DNA of 64,000 bases from positions 65,003 through 129,002 of the forward strand of contig JAHDCX010000007.1 of assembly GCA_020629635.1 (NCBI GenBank), given 5' to 3'. Made by a program: the position numbers and the translations under genes. Below are positions 22,710 to 32,032 of this stretch, piece by piece. Source of the DNA: Acidimicrobiales bacterium (GTDB lineage Bacteria > Actinomycetota > Acidimicrobiia > Acidimicrobiales > SHLQ01). The notes beneath the pieces were generated by a model that made no database searches, had not been told where the DNA came from, and was given only the letters and a program-made list of their open reading frames with translations. How positions within the stretch are numbered: the first letter of the stretch is position 1; each line of letters begins with the position of its first letter.

Positions 22710-23420
22710 GTGAGCACCGAAACCTTCCATATCCCCGCAGCACAGGCCTCGGAGATCGACCGCGCGTCGTTCGTCGGGCTCGTCTACCAACACGTCGCAG
22801 CCGCCGTGGCCGCATTCGTGGCCTTCGAGGTCATCCTCTTCGTGACCGGTGTCGCCGGTTCGCTCGAAGATTTCTTCTTCGGTCCCACTGGGGGCGGCGG
22901 CCGATGGCTGCTGATGCTCGGTGGCGTGATGGTGATCCAGTGGTTCGCCGGCAACGCGGCTGCTGACCTGCTCAACCCCTCACGGCAGTACCTCGGGCTC
23001 TTCGGGTCGGCGTTCGCACAGGCGCTCATCTTCGCCCCGTTCCTGTCCTTCGTGTTCAACCGAGGCGGCGGCGGCGCAACCGTCGCGGAGGCGGCTGTCA
23101 TCACGGGCATCGGCTTTGCGATGCTGACCGGCATTGGCCTCTTCACCCGCAAGGACCTCTCGTTCCTGCGACCGATTGTGATGTGGGGCTTTGGCCTCGC
23201 GCTGCTGGCGATCATCGGCGGCGTGATCTTCGGCTTCGGACTCGGCACTTGGTTCTCGGTTGCAATGATCGGCCTCTCCGGTGCTGCGATCCTCTACCAG
23301 ACCCAAAGCGTGGTCCGCACCTATCCGATCGGGTCGCACGTGGCCGCAGCCGTCGGGCTCTTCAACTCGCTCATGACCATGTTCTGGTACGTGCTGCGCC
23401 TGGTGATGTCTCGCGACTGA
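22710..23420 (+). CDS. Bax inhibitor-1/YccA family membrane protein
   Basis: About 7 TM segments; TRKDLSFL, ILYQT, AAVGLF...FWYVLRL; GAAAGGA before the GTG start. Confidence 0.85.
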   Translation: MSTETFHIPAAQASEIDRASFVGLVYQHVAAAVAAFVAFEVILFVTGVAGSLEDFFFGPTGGGGRWLLMLGGVMVIQWFAGNAAADLLNPSRQYLGLFGSAFAQALIFAPFLSFVFNRGGGGATVAEAAVITGIGFAMLTGIGLFTRKDLSFLRPIVMWGFGLALLAIIGGVIFGFGLGTWFSVAMIGLSGAAILYQTQSVVRTYPIGSHVAAAVGLFNSLMTMFWYVLRLVMSRD

Positions 23421-23453
23421 TCGCACCTGCCCGGCCTCGGACCAGCACTCGCA

Positions 23454-23477
23454 CGACCCGCCCTCACGGGCGGGTCG
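23454..23477. terminator. Hairpin between convergent genes (likely bidirectional terminator)
   Basis: Perfect 10-bp stem CGACCCGCCC-TCAC-GGGCGGGTCG. Confidence 0.6.
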
Positions 23478-23484
23478 ACGCCGT

Positions 23485-26400
23485 TCAGGCCCCGATGTCG
23501 GTCTCGGGGCTTGCGGACTGACCCGACGGACGGATCTCCAGGATCAGGTCGCCACCCTCGAGTGAGGTGCCAGCAACGACGGCGATCCGTTCGACCGTTC
23601 CGTCGATCGTGGCGGAGATCGAGGACTCCATCTTCATGGCTTCGATCACGGCGACAGTGTCCCCCGCAGCGACTTCGTCCCCCACGCCCACCGCAACGTT
23701 GACGACTCCTCGGAAGGGCGCACCGACCTGTCCTGGCCGACCGGGGTCGACACGTTCAGTCTCTGGACGGTCCGACGCCAACGACCGGTCCCGAGTGTCG
23801 ATGTCACGACTCTGACCGTTGACCGTGAACGTCACCCGACGGATGCCCTCGTCGTTGGCCTCACCGATCGACTTGAGTCCGAGCAGCAGGCGCACACCCT
23901 TGCCGAGACCGACCGATGCCTCGTCCACATGCGGATCGAGGCCGTACCAGAACAACGGGCTCGGAAGTACGGAAAGGTCACCGAATCGTTCTCGTTGCTC
24001 GCTCTGCGATGCGGACGGACCGGGGAACAGGAGGCGTGTCAGGGTCGCTCGGCGGTCGGAGGCCAGTCCTTCTTCGTCGGCGGGGGTGAGCGACTCATGG
24101 CGTGGCTCCCAGGTCCGCCCCTCGATGGCCTTGGACCGGAAGGGTTCGGGGAAGCCCCCTGGGGGATCTCCGAGCTCGCCGTGGAGAAACCCGATGACCG
24201 AATCTGGAAGGTCGACGCTGCCCGGGTCTTCGAGAAGTTGGTCGGGAGTCACTCCCGACGCCACCAGGTGGAGTGCGAGATCACCGACGACCTTGGACGA
24301 GGGGGTCACCTTGATCGGGCGCCCGAGCAGCGTGTTGCATGCGGCATAGAGGTTCTCGACCTCCTCGAACCGGTCCCCGAGCCCAAGCGCTGTCGCTTGC
24401 GATCGCAGGTTCGAGAGCTGACCACCGGGAATCTCGTGGCGGTACACCGTGCCGGTGGGCGACGCCAGACCGGCTTCGAACGGCGCATACACGCGGCGCA
24501 CCGATTCCCAATAGGGCTCGAGGTCGCCAATGGCGTCGAGAGACAGACCCGTGGCGCGTGCGGTGTCGTCGGTCATCGAGACCACGGCGGCGATGGACGG
24601 CTGCGACGTCATGCCCGACAGTGGCGGTGCCGCAGCGTCGACGGCGTCGACGCCCGCATCGACCGCGGCGAGGTAGGTCGCCAGCTGTCCGCCGGAGGTG
24701 TCGTGGCTGTGCAACTGGATCGGCTGCGGGAATCGATCACGCAGCGCCGATACCAACGTCTCGGCTGCACCCGCCCGCAGCAACCCGGCCATGTCCTTGA
24801 TGCACAGGATGTGCGCCCCGGCGGCGTCGAGCTGCTCAGCGACGCCGAGGTAGTAGTCGAGGGTGTAGAGCTGCTCCTCGGGACTTGCGAGATTGCCGGA
24901 GTAGCAGATCGTCCCCTCGGCGACCGCGCCCGCATCGAGCACTGCTCGGATCGCTGGTCGCATCTGTTCGATGTCGTTGAATGCATCGAAGACCCGAAAG
25001 ATGTCCATCCCCGATTCGGCGGCTTCATGGACGAACTGCTCGGCGACGACATCGGGATAGGGCGAGTACCCCACGGTGTTGCGTCCCCGCAGCAGCATCT
25101 GCGTACAGAGGTTGGGCGCCGCATCCCGAAGTCGCTCGAGACGCTCCCACGGATCTTCGTGCAAGAACCGCAGCGCCACGTCGAACGTCGCCCCTCCCCA
25201 ACATTCGAGGCTGAGAAGCTGAGGCATCGTGTGGGCGATCTGTCGGGCACCGGCGACGAGATCGATCGTCCGGACCCGAGTGGCCAGAATCGACTGGTGC
25301 GCGTCTCGCAGTGTGGTGTCTGTCACCGCGACCGCATCCGCGGCGCGAAGCTCGGCGGCAAATCCCGCAGGACCGAGCTCGAGCAAGCGCTGCCGCGACC
25401 CCGCTGCGGGCTCGTTCGTGGGTCGCCGCTCAAGCTTCGACGCCGGATCGACCCGAGTGGGTGCGGGCCCATGAGGCTGGTTGACCGTGACGTCCGCCAG
25501 GTAGCGCAGGAGTCGGGTGGCCCGGTTGGCTCCGACCGAGGCAGCGGTCAGTTCGGGCCGCTGATCGATGAACGTGGTCGTCACGTCACCACGGATGAAC
25601 TGCTCATCCTCGAGAATCGCACGCAAGAACGGCTGGTTCGTCGCCACACCACGCACGCGATATTCGGCAAGCGTGCGTTGCAGACGACGAATGACGGTGT
25701 CGAACGTCCGACCACGACAGGTGATCTTCTCGATCATGGAATCGAAGTACGGCGTGATCTCGACCCCCTGATACACGCAGCCGTCGAGTCGAACTCCCGG
25801 GCCGGTCGCAGGCCGATAGGTGACGATCCTGCCGGTGTCGGGGCGGAAGTCGTTCGCCGGATCTTCTGCCGTGACCCGACACTGCATGGCGTAGCCCCGC
25901 ACGACGATGGCGTCCTGATGCAAGCCCAGGTCCTCGAGCGTCTCGCCACCGGCGATTCGGAGTTGACTCTCGACGAGGTCGACGTCGGTGATCTCTTCGG
26001 TCACGGTGTGCTCCACCTGGATCCGAGGATTCATCTCGATGAAGACGTGGCGGCCGTTCTGGTCGACGAGGAACTCGACCGTTCCGGCGTTGCGGTAGCC
26101 GATCGACTCGGCGAAGCGGACCGCGTCGTCGAGAAGCTCGCGACGGACGTCGGCGTCGAGGTTCGGCGCGGGCGCGAGTTCGACCACCTTCTGGAAACGC
26201 CGTTGGACCGAACAGTCCCGCTCGTATAGATGGATCGTCTCCCCCACCCCATCGGCCAGGACCTGCGCCTCGATGTGGCGCACATCGGTCATCGCCTCTT
26301 CGAGAAACACGGTGGGATCGCCGAAGGCGCTCTCGGCTTCCCGGCGCGCCGCATCGACCGCGGCGACGAGATCGGCAGGGTCTTCGATGCGTCGCAAACC

Positions 26401-26904
26401 GCGGCCACCGCCACCAGCCGCAGCCTTCACGAAAAGGGGAAAGCCAATGTCGTCTGCAGCCGATAGTGCGTCTTCGGCCACCTCGATCGGCGCCGATTGG
26501 ATCAGCACGGGCAGCGCCGCCGCTTCGGCCGCCTGACGAGCACGCATCTTGTTGCCGGTGAGTTCGAGCACAGTCGAGGTGGGCCCCACGAAGGTGATCC
26601 CGGCAGCCTCGCAGGCTTCGGCGAGGTCGGGACTCTCCGACAGAAACCCATAGCCCGGGTAGATCGCATCGGCGCCGCACGACAACGCCGTCGCCACGAT
26701 CAGCTCATGGTCGAGGTAGGCGCGGACCGGGTGACCTCGATCACCGATCTCATAGGCCTCGTCGGCCTTGATTCGGTGGAGACCGGCGCGGTCCTCCCAC
26801 GGGTGAATCGCAACCGTCGTGATTCCGAGTTGTGTAGCGGCCCGGAACGCTCGAATCGCGATCTCGCCCCGGTTCGCCACGAGAAGCTTGCTGATCGTGG
26901 CCAT
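23485..26904 (-). CDS. pyc: Pyruvate carboxylase
   Basis: LVANRGEIA biotin carboxylase domain, DTTLRDAHQS, IKDMAG, HSHDT and biotin site EAMKME. Confidence 0.97.
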   Translation of the reverse strand: MATISKLLVANRGEIAIRAFRAATQLGITTVAIHPWEDRAGLHRIKADEAYEIGDRGHPVRAYLDHELIVATALSCGADAIYPGYGFLSESPDLAEACEAAGITFVGPTSTVLELTGNKMRARQAAEAAALPVLIQSAPIEVAEDALSAADDIGFPLFVKAAAGGGGRGLRRIEDPADLVAAVDAARREAESAFGDPTVFLEEAMTDVRHIEAQVLADGVGETIHLYERDCSVQRRFQKVVELAPAPNLDADVRRELLDDAVRFAESIGYRNAGTVEFLVDQNGRHVFIEMNPRIQVEHTVTEEITDVDLVESQLRIAGGETLEDLGLHQDAIVVRGYAMQCRVTAEDPANDFRPDTGRIVTYRPATGPGVRLDGCVYQGVEITPYFDSMIEKITCRGRTFDTVIRRLQRTLAEYRVRGVATNQPFLRAILEDEQFIRGDVTTTFIDQRPELTAASVGANRATRLLRYLADVTVNQPHGPAPTRVDPASKLERRPTNEPAAGSRQRLLELGPAGFAAELRAADAVAVTDTTLRDAHQSILATRVRTIDLVAGARQIAHTMPQLLSLECWGGATFDVALRFLHEDPWERLERLRDAAPNLCTQMLLRGRNTVGYSPYPDVVAEQFVHEAAESGMDIFRVFDAFNDIEQMRPAIRAVLDAGAVAEGTICYSGNLASPEEQLYTLDYYLGVAEQLDAAGAHILCIKDMAGLLRAGAAETLVSALRDRFPQPIQLHSHDTSGGQLATYLAAVDAGVDAVDAAAPPLSGMTSQPSIAAVVSMTDDTARATGLSLDAIGDLEPYWESVRRVYAPFEAGLASPTGTVYRHEIPGGQLSNLRSQATALGLGDRFEEVENLYAACNTLLGRPIKVTPSSKVVGDLALHLVASGVTPDQLLEDPGSVDLPDSVIGFLHGELGDPPGGFPEPFRSKAIEGRTWEPRHESLTPADEEGLASDRRATLTRLLFPGPSASQSEQRERFGDLSVLPSPLFWYGLDPHVDEASVGLGKGVRLLLGLKSIGEANDEGIRRVTFTVNGQSRDIDTRDRSLASDRPETERVDPGRPGQVGAPFRGVVNVAVGVGDEVAAGDTVAVIEAMKMESSISATIDGTVERIAVVAGTSLEGGDLILEIRPSGQSASPETDIGA

Positions 26905-27047
26905 CGAGAATCGAGCGTAGACCGCACGGCCTCACCGGATCTGTACTTCTGCGGCGAACGGCCGCTGAGCGTGCAGCAACGCCGGGACGAAGCCGGGTCG
27001 AGCGGTTGAGGGCGCTCCGCACCGCTCACGTGCACCAAGATGGGGGA

Positions 27048-28019
27048 ATGCGTGCGATTCAGATCACTTCGACCGGCGGCCCCGACGTACTCGAGATCGC
27101 CGACGTGACCGTCGGCGAGCCCGGGGTCGGCGAGGTCCGGATCGCGATCGAGGCGGCCGGAGTCAACTTCATCGACACCTACCAGCGGTCTGGCCTGTAT
27201 CCGGTTGAGTTGCCGTTCGTCCCGGGGTTGGAGTGTGCCGGTCTTGTCGACATGGTCGGCGAGGGTGTCACCGACATCGAAGTCGGCGACTGCGTCGCCC
27301 TCGCGCAAGGCACGGGCGGGTACGCAGAGTTTCGGGTTGCGCCCGCCGATCGCTGTGTCCGGGTTCCGGATGCGATCGATTCGGTCACGGCGACCGCAGC
27401 CATGATCCAGGGGCTGACGGCGCACTATCTGGCAACCGACACCTGGGCGCTCGCCGATGGGGATCGGTGCCTGATCCATGCGGCCGCAGGTGGGACGGGC
27501 CGACTCCTCGTGCAGATGGCCAAGCGCGCGGGGGCCGAGGTGTTTGCGACCGTGGGTTCTCCCGAGAAGGCCGCACTCGCCGACGCTGCCGGCGCGGACC
27601 ACGTGATCAACTACACGACGACGGACTTCGGCGACGCGATCCGCGAGATCACCGGATCAGAGCGTCCGATCGATGTCGTCTACGACGGCGTGGGGGCATC
27701 GGTGTTCGAGACCAGCTTGTCGCTGATCCGACCTCGGGGCCTGATGGCGACTTTCGGGAATGCGTCGGGCCCGGTGCCACCGGTCGCACCGCTTGATCTG
27801 ATGGCCGGCGGGTCTCTCTACCTCACGAGACCGACGATGTTCGATTACGTCGCGACGACCGACGAGCTGCGTCGCCGGGCCGATGACGTGTTCGACCGAA
27901 TCCTCGAGGGTGCGCTCGAGGTTCGCATCGATTCCACGTTCCCCCTCGACGAGGCCGCCCGCGCCCACGAACATCTCGAGGCGAGACGATCGACCGGCAA
28001 GCTGTTGCTCACGCCATGA
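27048..28019 (+). CDS. qor: NADPH:quinone oxidoreductase (zeta-crystallin-like MDR)
   Basis: AGVNFIDTYQRSG, HAAAGGTG, VYDGVG, FGNASG, RRSTGKLLL. Confidence 0.9.
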   Translation: MRAIQITSTGGPDVLEIADVTVGEPGVGEVRIAIEAAGVNFIDTYQRSGLYPVELPFVPGLECAGLVDMVGEGVTDIEVGDCVALAQGTGGYAEFRVAPADRCVRVPDAIDSVTATAAMIQGLTAHYLATDTWALADGDRCLIHAAAGGTGRLLVQMAKRAGAEVFATVGSPEKAALADAAGADHVINYTTTDFGDAIREITGSERPIDVVYDGVGASVFETSLSLIRPRGLMATFGNASGPVPPVAPLDLMAGGSLYLTRPTMFDYVATTDELRRRADDVFDRILEGALEVRIDSTFPLDEAARAHEHLEARRSTGKLLLTP

Positions 28020-28028
28020 GCCGCTCCG

Positions 28029-28763
28029 TCAGAAGGATCGGATCGCAAGACTGATGGCGGATACCACCAGGACCGCAATCACCGCCTGATCAAAGCGCTC
28101 GACGGGAAGCCGCTCCCGCAAACGTTCACCGAAGGGCATCATGGCGAGCACGATCGGAAGCTGGAGCACCGAGAGGACCACCAGTTCAGTCGTGTAGAGG
28201 CCCGATCCGGCGAGTACGACCATCTGCACGGCTCCGGTGATCGCGAACGCCGTACAGATTGCGAAGACGAAGGCGTCGCGCGTCAACCCGATGCTGAGAA
28301 ACCAGGTGGTGACGATCGGTCCGGAGATACCCGCCGCCCCCTGAAAGACACCACCCAGTCCACCGACCGGTGCCGCCCAGGTCCGAGCTCGCTCGGGAGA
28401 GAGGCTGCGGGGCTCCCGGAGTCGATTTGCGACGAACGCGATGATGACCGCGACGAGCACGAGCCGCATCACTCGTTCTGGCAAGACCGACACCGCGAGC
28501 GCGCCGATGACCGAACCGACCACCCCACCGACGAGGAAGGCTCGCAGTGTTGGCACCTCGTCTCGGGCAGGCCAGGTCTGACGGACGAGCTGGGTGTTGA
28601 GCACCAGGTTGGCGAGCGCCACCACGACGACGGCATCCACGACGGGGGCGAACAACGAGTAGATGGGTACGACGATGATCGGGTACCCCATACCCGTCGT
28701 GCTCTTGACCACGGAGGCGAATGCGGCGACGACCAACACGACGACGAACTGTTCGACGGCCAC
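28029..28763 (-). CDS. TSUP (TauE/SafE) family transporter
   Basis: About 8 TM segments; KSTTGMGY and GAAGISGP family motifs. Confidence 0.82.
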   Translation of the reverse strand: MAVEQFVVVLVVAAFASVVKSTTGMGYPIIVVPIYSLFAPVVDAVVVVALANLVLNTQLVRQTWPARDEVPTLRAFLVGGVVGSVIGALAVSVLPERVMRLVLVAVIIAFVANRLREPRSLSPERARTWAAPVGGLGGVFQGAAGISGPIVTTWFLSIGLTRDAFVFAICTAFAITGAVQMVVLAGSGLYTTELVVLSVLQLPIVLAMMPFGERLRERLPVERFDQAVIAVLVVSAISLAIRSF

Positions 28764-28767
28764 CGGC

Positions 28768-31044
28768 TCACGCTACCGAACGAAGATCTCCCTCTGTTCC
28801 GAGCACAGCGTCCCAGTTCTGTTCGGCTGGACCTGCCGCGGCATACAGCCACCCTTGGATCAGATCGCAGCGGAGCTCACGAAGGATGTCGAGTTGCTCG
28901 GCGGTCTCGACGCCTTCGGCGACCGAACGCATCCCGAGCGTCGCCACGATCCGCAGGACGCTCTCGACGATGACGCGTGCGTGGGGATCGGTCCCCAGCG
29001 ACTGGATGAACGCGCCGTCGAGCTTGACCACGTCAATAGGGAGTGTCTGCAGCACCGACAGCGCAGAGAACCCAGAGCCAAAATCATCGAGCGCGATGGT
29101 GAAGCCGTGTTCGCGCAGTGCCACGAGGTTCTCAATCGCCGTTGGACTGGTCAGCGCGCCGTCCTCGGTGATCTCCAGCCAGAGCTCTGACGGTTCGGTC
29201 TGTTCGGCGCGGGTGAGAGCGATGAGGTGCTCGGCGAAGTTGGGCTGGCGGAGTCGCAGGCTGGACACGTTGGCGGTGATCGGTGGCTGACGGCCAGCGA
29301 CCACTGGTCGATTCCGGAGCGCCCAACGTAGGACCGCATCGTCGATTGCGGGGACGAGCCCGGCGTCTGCGGCCGTGCCGAGGAACTCCCCGGGGAGTCG
29401 GAGTGTGCCGTCGAGCGAACGCCAACGCGCCAGGGACTCCATCGCGACCACTTCACCGCTCTCTGCGTCGACGAGCGGCTGCAGGTGGGCAATGACCTCG
29501 TCGCGGTCGAGCGCTGCGCGCAGGCCCTGTTCGGTCTCGAGGCGGTCGATTGCGGCTTGGCGGAGGTCATCGTCGAAGATCTCGACGCGGTTCCGCCCGA
29601 GATGTTTCGCGCGATACGCAGCGTTGTCACTGTCACGGAGCAGCTCTGCGGCCGTCTGTGGCCCGCCATCGGCCACCGCGACGCCGATGCTCATCGTGAC
29701 GGAGAGACGGCGTCCGTCGAGCGAAAATGGCCGGGCGAGCGTGTCGAGCACCCGTCGAGCAAGAGAACGTGCCTCGTCGATCCCGGTCACCGGCTCGCTG
29801 ACGACCAAGAATTCATCGCCGCCGACTCGAGCGACGGTGTCGCAGGATCGGACACCTTGTTGGAGACGTCCCGCGACTGCACACAGGAGACGGTCGCCGG
29901 CGTCGTGTCCGAGCGAATCGTTGATGACCTTGAAGTGGTCGAGGTCGATCGTCATCACGGCGACCGTCGTCGGCAGGGTTGCTGCTCGATCGAGTGTGTC
30001 GCTGATGAGTGCGTCGACGATGGACCGGTTGGCGAGTCCGGTGAGCGGGTCGTGCGTGGCCTGGGAGGCGAGCTGTTCGGCGGTTCGTTGTGCGGCTGCG
30101 AGTTGGCGCGCCGCAGACCCCAGTTGGTCGCGGCGACCCCGAAGCAGCTCTCGGAGCGACCGGTCACCCCAGCGGATCTTGTCGACGAGACCGCGGATCT
30201 CTCGCATGGCCGAGATCGCTGCGCTGAGGGCTTCGTCGAGCACAGGATCGCGTGATTCGTCACCGCGTTCGTCGACCCGGGTGACGTCGTCGAGCAGGTC
30301 CTGTTCGACTCCGCGAAGAAGGTCGATGCGTTGCGTCATTGCGAGGAACCACTCTTCGGGATCCACCTCGAAGGCTCCAACACCGTTGGCGAGCGCGGTC
30401 TCCTCCATCGCAGCCGTTCGTTGCACCGCAGGATGGGCGTTCAGTCTGGCCAGATCGGTTGCGACGTCGGGCGAACCCGTTGCGTCGATGATGCGCATCA
30501 GCGCCTCCTGTGCGGCCAGGAGCGAGACGAGCCAGAGATACCCACCGGTGTCGAAGCGGTCCCTGCTGAACACTTGCGCGAGCAGAGCCCGCTCGATCCC
30601 CGCGAGTTCCTTGGCTCGGAGCAGCGCGAGCAGGGCGACGAGACGGGCTCGCGTCCCGGTGACCTCAACGGCCTGGGCGACGGCACCCGCGAGAACCAAC
30701 AACGACTGGTTCAGGTCGGTCATGTATTCGATGGAGGCCTCGGCATCAATCGAGTGGTCGTCGACCTGTTCTCGGACGACGGCAAGCCGGGCGAGCGTTC
30801 GGCGAGCGCTGCGATACTCGGCCATGTCGACCACATTGTGGAGTTCTCGACGTCCACAGACCTCGATGAACACCGCTTGTGAACCGTCGGTCTCGCGTCG
30901 CAGCGTCGTCAGCTCGGTTCGGAATCGCTCACCGTTGCTCGCCAGAAAGACCGATGCTGCGCCTCGTTCCTTCTGCAGCGCGTGAACGAGATCGCCGAGG
31001 CTTCCGACGAGCGGCACGATGACCGATCCGACATGACGGTCCAT
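28768..31044 (-). CDS. NIT-sensor diguanylate cyclase/phosphodiesterase (NIT-GGDEF-EAL)
   Basis: LVHALQKERG and KELAGIERA (NIT domain); HDPLTGLANR and RSCD-x5-GGDEF; ESLARW, LEITE, DDFGSGFS, VAEGVET. Confidence 0.88.
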   Translation of the reverse strand: MDRHVGSVIVPLVGSLGDLVHALQKERGAASVFLASNGERFRTELTTLRRETDGSQAVFIEVCGRRELHNVVDMAEYRSARRTLARLAVVREQVDDHSIDAEASIEYMTDLNQSLLVLAGAVAQAVEVTGTRARLVALLALLRAKELAGIERALLAQVFSRDRFDTGGYLWLVSLLAAQEALMRIIDATGSPDVATDLARLNAHPAVQRTAAMEETALANGVGAFEVDPEEWFLAMTQRIDLLRGVEQDLLDDVTRVDERGDESRDPVLDEALSAAISAMREIRGLVDKIRWGDRSLRELLRGRRDQLGSAARQLAAAQRTAEQLASQATHDPLTGLANRSIVDALISDTLDRAATLPTTVAVMTIDLDHFKVINDSLGHDAGDRLLCAVAGRLQQGVRSCDTVARVGGDEFLVVSEPVTGIDEARSLARRVLDTLARPFSLDGRRLSVTMSIGVAVADGGPQTAAELLRDSDNAAYRAKHLGRNRVEIFDDDLRQAAIDRLETEQGLRAALDRDEVIAHLQPLVDAESGEVVAMESLARWRSLDGTLRLPGEFLGTAADAGLVPAIDDAVLRWALRNRPVVAGRQPPITANVSSLRLRQPNFAEHLIALTRAEQTEPSELWLEITEDGALTSPTAIENLVALREHGFTIALDDFGSGFSALSVLQTLPIDVVKLDGAFIQSLGTDPHARVIVESVLRIVATLGMRSVAEGVETAEQLDILRELRCDLIQGWLYAAAGPAEQNWDAVLGTEGDLRSVA

Positions 31045-31063
31045 CTGAGTGAAATCGGCACGT

Positions 31064-31963
31064 TCACGGCGTTGGTTGAGCCGCGACCAGTAGTTGGATC
31101 AGCCCATCGACGGCGGGGCCGAGGCGGCGGTCCCGGCGGCGGACACACACGAGCCGTCGACGAATCAACGGTTCGGGCGTGAGCGGCTCGAGCGCATGGG
31201 GCTCGGTCTCGGCATCGGCGACCACCAGTGCTGTCCAGCCCATACCGAGCCGCACCATCTCCCGCAGCACCCGCGGTTGAGACGACTCGGCGACGACATC
31301 GAAGCTCGCCCCCATCGTCGACAACGCTTCGCCAACCAGACGGCGAGTCCGAGACGACCGTGGAAAGGAGACCCACGGGCCCCACGTCGTGGGGTCGCTC
31401 AGCCGCTCCGCAGGGGTACCTGGCGGCGGATAGACACGGACGGGTTCGTCGATGAGCGGGACCTGTTCAAGGGTTGGGTCCTTGGACGTCGCGACCGCAA
31501 CGGCGAGGTCCAGATCTCCCGCTCGGACGTTGTCGACGAGCTCTGCGGAGGAGGCCACCGACAATCGCAGATCGACGCGGGGATGGTCGCGTCGATAGCG
31601 CATCAGGTGATCGCCGAAGTGATGAATCGCTGCCGTGTCGATCATCCCCGCCCGGACGAGGCCAGCCGCGCCAGTGCGCGTCGCCGTCGCCCAATCATCG
31701 AGTGCGCCGTGGGCGGCGATCGCGCGACGGGCGAGCGCTTCGGCCGCGACAGCCGCAGAGGTCGGCGTCCGTCGCCGCCCCGCGACGTCGAACAACGTCA
31801 CGCCGAGGCTTCGCTCGAGTGCGGCGATTCCCTGTGAGAAGGCCGAGGGCGACACGCCACACGCCTCGGCCGCCTCGGCCCAGCTGTCGTGCTGCAGCGC
31901 CATGACGAGGTAGTGCAGCTGTGAAATCGTCGGAGTTCGTCGCCCGGGTCGATCGCCACCCAT
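31064..31963 (-). CDS. LysR-family transcriptional regulator
   Basis: QLHYL...AAEACGVSPSAFSQGIAALERSLGVTLF HTH followed by a substrate-binding domain; the longer ORF-track version is antisense to ino1. Confidence 0.9.
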   Translation of the reverse strand: MGGDRPGRRTPTISQLHYLVMALQHDSWAEAAEACGVSPSAFSQGIAALERSLGVTLFDVAGRRRTPTSAAVAAEALARRAIAAHGALDDWATATRTGAAGLVRAGMIDTAAIHHFGDHLMRYRRDHPRVDLRLSVASSAELVDNVRAGDLDLAVAVATSKDPTLEQVPLIDEPVRVYPPPGTPAERLSDPTTWGPWVSFPRSSRTRRLVGEALSTMGASFDVVAESSQPRVLREMVRLGMGWTALVVADAETEPHALEPLTPEPLIRRRLVCVRRRDRRLGPAVDGLIQLLVAAQPTP

Positions 31964-31965
31964 CC

Positions 31966-31991
31966 CTTCACTGTAGTGAAGTATTGCTTCA
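31966..31991. promoter_or_regulatory. Overlapping palindromic operator in the lysR/ino1 divergent promoter
   Basis: CTTCACTGTAGTGAAG and TGAAGTATTGCTTCA; covers the TACAGT -10 of lysR. Confidence 0.55.
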
Positions 31992-32032
31992 TCAAAGCTG
32001 TACCGAATCGGGTCTTGCTTATCTTTCAGCGC

